From a virus (lineage: Duplodnaviria > Heunggongvirae > Uroviricota > Caudoviricetes), in IMG/VR virus record IMGVR_UViG_2622736468_000006, positions 1 through 8,116 of that record: a stretch of DNA of 8,116 bases; one strand, 5' to 3'. The notes beneath the pieces are model-generated. The model ran no database searches. It was given only the letters and a program-made list of their open reading frames with translations, and was not told the DNA's origin. Every line of letters begins with the position of its first letter. The first letter of the stretch is position 1. Both the position numbers and the translations under genes were made by a program. This document shows, piece after piece, positions 6,200-8,116 of this stretch.

Positions 6200-6778
6200 G
6201 TGAACCTACAAATTGAGTTTTCTCATGGCGGAGCTGAGGTACTAGATAGAGTTATCCAAGCGTATGGATTCAACACAAAACTAGCCCTAGCCGAACATCT
6301 TGATATAGCAAGCAGCAGTCTGGCTAACCGGTATAAGAGGGATTTTTTTCCAGCTGATATCGTTGTTAGATGTATGGCTGAAACAGGAGCTACTCTGGAA
6401 TGGCTTGCGACTGGACAAGGTAGAAAGTTTAACGATGACGAATTAGACATCATGAAATTGCCACGCAAGAAGATTGTGGACGGAAAACTCTATGAGTCTG
6501 GTTTCCTAATGCTCGATAAGGTTACTTTTTTACCTGGCAAACCTTTACCGCAGAATCCTATCTGTGTGATTGATAACACAATGCAATACATTGTTGATCA
6601 ACACTTTACTGAAGTTTATGACGATGTTTGGCTTGTCGAAGTTGAAGGTAAAACCAGCGTTAGAACACTAACACGCATCCCTGTGGGAAAAGTTAGAGTA
6701 AGCGGCGTAGGTATGGCTTTTGACTGCGGTATTGACGATATAAAAATCATCGGCCGCATTGTTCTGACGATTGAATGA
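6200..6778 (+). CDS. cI: Immunity repressor, 186 CI-like (N-terminal HTH, no LexA-type peptidase domain evident)
   Basis: 192 aa from GTG 6200, the only in-frame start upstream of the HTH segment KLALAEHLDIASSSLANRYKRD. Sits directly upstream of int with its stop 1 nt before the int ATG, and divergent from the lytic operon. Length and arrangement match 186 CI. Confidence 0.75.
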   Translation: MNLQIEFSHGGAEVLDRVIQAYGFNTKLALAEHLDIASSSLANRYKRDFFPADIVVRCMAETGATLEWLATGQGRKFNDDELDIMKLPRKKIVDGKLYESGFLMLDKVTFLPGKPLPQNPICVIDNTMQYIVDQHFTEVYDDVWLVEVEGKTSVRTLTRIPVGKVRVSGVGMAFDCGIDDIKIIGRIVLTIE

Positions 6779-6779
6779 A

Positions 6780-7820
6780 ATGAGTGTTCGTAAACTTCCG
6801 ACAGGCGAATGGATCGCCGACTTCTACACCGTCAACCGTAGTAATGGTAAGAACGGGAAGCGCATACGTAAAAAATTTGCCACGAAGGGGGAAGCCCTGG
6901 CATTTGAGAACCATACGCTTCAGAAAGTAGACAATGCGCCCTGGCTGGGTGAAGGGAAGGACAAACGAACTTTAATAGACCTGATCACAATGTGGTATGA
7001 ACGCCACGGAGTAGCTTTGCGCAATGGTCAAAAGCGTAAAGACGCTATGACCTGGGCGGCAGAGTGCATGGGATTCCCGCTAGCTACAGAGTTTAATGCC
7101 CAGCTGTTCACGGCCTACCGCGCAAAAAGGCTTGATGGGCATTATGCCCGCACTAGCAGAGTATCCAAGGTTTCCCCGAAAACAATGAACCTTGAACATG
7201 CTTACTTCCTGGCTATGTTCAACGAGCTGAAACGAATCGGGGAATGGTCAGCCCCCAACCCACTGGAAAACGTCAGACAGTATCGTACTGATGAAACCGA
7301 AATGGCTTTCCTCACTGCTGAAGAAATTGAGCGGCTTTTGCTGGAATGCAAACGAAGCAAAGTAAAATACTTGGAGCTAGTCGTAAAAATCTGTCTTGCG
7401 ACCGGCGCAAGATGGAATGAAGCGGCAACGCTGAAAAGCTCTCAGATCGCAGGCGATAAAGTTACGTTCGTTAAAACCAAAGGGAAGCGCAACAGAACAA
7501 TCCCCCTTGATGATGAACTTCTATCCGAATTGCCTGAAACGAAAGGCGCTCTGTTCCCCAAACCCTGCTATAACGCGTTCCGCTCTGCTTTGGAACGCGC
7601 AGGCATTGAACTCCCCTCCGGCCAGCTTACCCATGTACTGCGCCATACATTTGCCAGCCACTTTATGATGAACGGCGGGAACATTCTGGTTCTGCAAAAA
7701 ATTCTCGGCCACGCTGACATCACTATGACAATGCGTTATGCCCATTTCGCCCCAAGCCACCTTGAAGATGCCGTGCGACTTAACCCCTTAAAATGTCGCA
7801 AAAATGTCGCGATAGCTTAG
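6780..7820 (+). CDS. int: Tyrosine recombinase / integrase, P2 Int family
   Basis: 346 aa from ATG 6780 (the track begins at TTG 6771). C-terminal catalytic signature present: LATGARWNEAA, HVLRHTFASH, LQKILGH, MRYAHFAP (catalytic Tyr). The N-terminus (MSVRKLPTGEW...GKRIRKKF) is collinear with P2 Int. Confidence 0.95.
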   Translation: MSVRKLPTGEWIADFYTVNRSNGKNGKRIRKKFATKGEALAFENHTLQKVDNAPWLGEGKDKRTLIDLITMWYERHGVALRNGQKRKDAMTWAAECMGFPLATEFNAQLFTAYRAKRLDGHYARTSRVSKVSPKTMNLEHAYFLAMFNELKRIGEWSAPNPLENVRQYRTDETEMAFLTAEEIERLLLECKRSKVKYLELVVKICLATGARWNEAATLKSSQIAGDKVTFVKTKGKRNRTIPLDDELLSELPETKGALFPKPCYNAFRSALERAGIELPSGQLTHVLRHTFASHFMMNGGNILVLQKILGHADITMTMRYAHFAPSHLEDAVRLNPLKCRKNVAIA

Positions 7821-7854
7821 AAATACTGCCGAATACTCACAGATATTAACTAAC

Positions 7855-7884
7855 GTAACTTATTGATAACACTGTAACTTATTG
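7855..7884 (+). repeat. Two 11-bp direct repeats GTAACTTATTG (7855-7865 and 7874-7884) in the attP-like region downstream of int
   Basis: Exact 11-bp direct repeats 19 bp apart, 35 bp after the int stop. An AATACT pair also occurs at 7822-7827 and 7832-7837. Consistent with arm-type Int or IHF sites. Confidence 0.4.
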
Positions 7885-7907
7885 TTTTTCGTAGATAGTT
7901 GATGCTT

Positions 7908-7929
7908 TATAATATAGCCTGTGCTATAT
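7908..7929 (+). promoter_or_regulatory. Candidate promoter -10 element (TATAAT, 7908-7913) overlapping a perfect inverted repeat ATATAGC-N4-GCTATAT (7912-7929)
   Basis: Perfect consensus -10 hexamer about 75 bp upstream of the small ORF at 7988, with only a weak -35. A 7-bp-arm perfect inverted repeat overlaps it. Confidence 0.3.
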
Positions 7930-7987
7930 CTGTATGTAATGCAATCATCCCTCAAGGATCGACGGGATTAGCAAGTCAGGAGGTCTT

Positions 7988-8116
7988 ATGAATGAGTTCA
8001 AGAGGTGTATGCGCGTGTTTAGTCATTCTCCCTTTAAAGTACGGTTAATGCTGCTCTCTATGTTGTGCGATATGGTCAACAACAAACCGCAGCAAGATAA
8101 ACCTTCCGATAAATAG
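7988..8116 (+). CDS. Small hypothetical protein, 42 aa (MNEFKRCMRVFSHSPFKVRLMLLSMLCDMVNNKPQQDKPSDK)
   Basis: ATG at 7988 preceded by AGGAGG (7978-7983, 4-nt spacer). Ends with TAG exactly at the window end. Not in the supplied track because it is under the length cutoff. Confidence 0.4.
   Translation: MNEFKRCMRVFSHSPFKVRLMLLSMLCDMVNNKPQQDKPSDK

Noticed and set aside
5902-6468. Track ORFs 5902-6096 (plus) and 6223-6468 (minus) overlapping the cox/apl-like and cI-like genes
   Set aside because: Antisense shadows of genes that have family-level motifs and correct operon context.
7521-7760. 79-aa minus-strand ORF inside int
   Set aside because: Antisense to the integrase catalytic domain; no support.
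1123-7884. CRISPR array among the short direct repeats
   Set aside because: Only two copies each, 10-11 bp long, with irregular spacing. Nothing like 24-48 bp repeats with regular unique spacers.
7821-7987. Possible tRNA or tmRNA fragment marking the attachment site downstream of int
   Set aside because: No T-loop-like GTTCRANYC motif or acceptor-stem-like structure found by eye on either strand; cannot be excluded without a proper tRNA scan of a longer flank.

Overview
This 8.1-kb window holds a complete IS1 element in AT-rich non-coding DNA, followed by the early/immunity end of a P2/186-family temperate prophage that looks like a remnant. From left to right: IS1 (51-818, 8-bp target duplication CTCGTTAG); about 250 bp of AT-rich DNA with stops in all frames; then a minus-strand lytic operon read from the switch region at about 6.1 kb. 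That operon runs cox/apl-like (5859-6080), cII-like (5325-5828), a 57-aa ORF missing from the supplied track, three proteins of unknown function (142, 133 and 77 aa), a DEDDh 3'-5' exonuclease, an ASCH (PUA-like) protein, a Dam-family adenine methyltransferase, and the N-terminal ~390 codons of a gpA-like replication initiator that lacks its catalytic tyrosine region. On the plus strand a 186-type CI-like repressor (6200-6778) is followed by a P2-family tyrosine integrase (6780-7820), a repeat-rich attP-like region and a 42-aa ORF ending at the window edge. No morphogenesis or lysis genes are present, and I found no recognisable defence system. The observations most worth follow-up are an SOS-box-like motif and repeat architecture in the switch region, a G9/C9 homopolymer where a ribosome-binding site should be, the Dam-ASCH-exonuclease module, and the uncharacterised small ORFs. 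All calls rest on reading the sequence and remembered family motifs; no database search was run.
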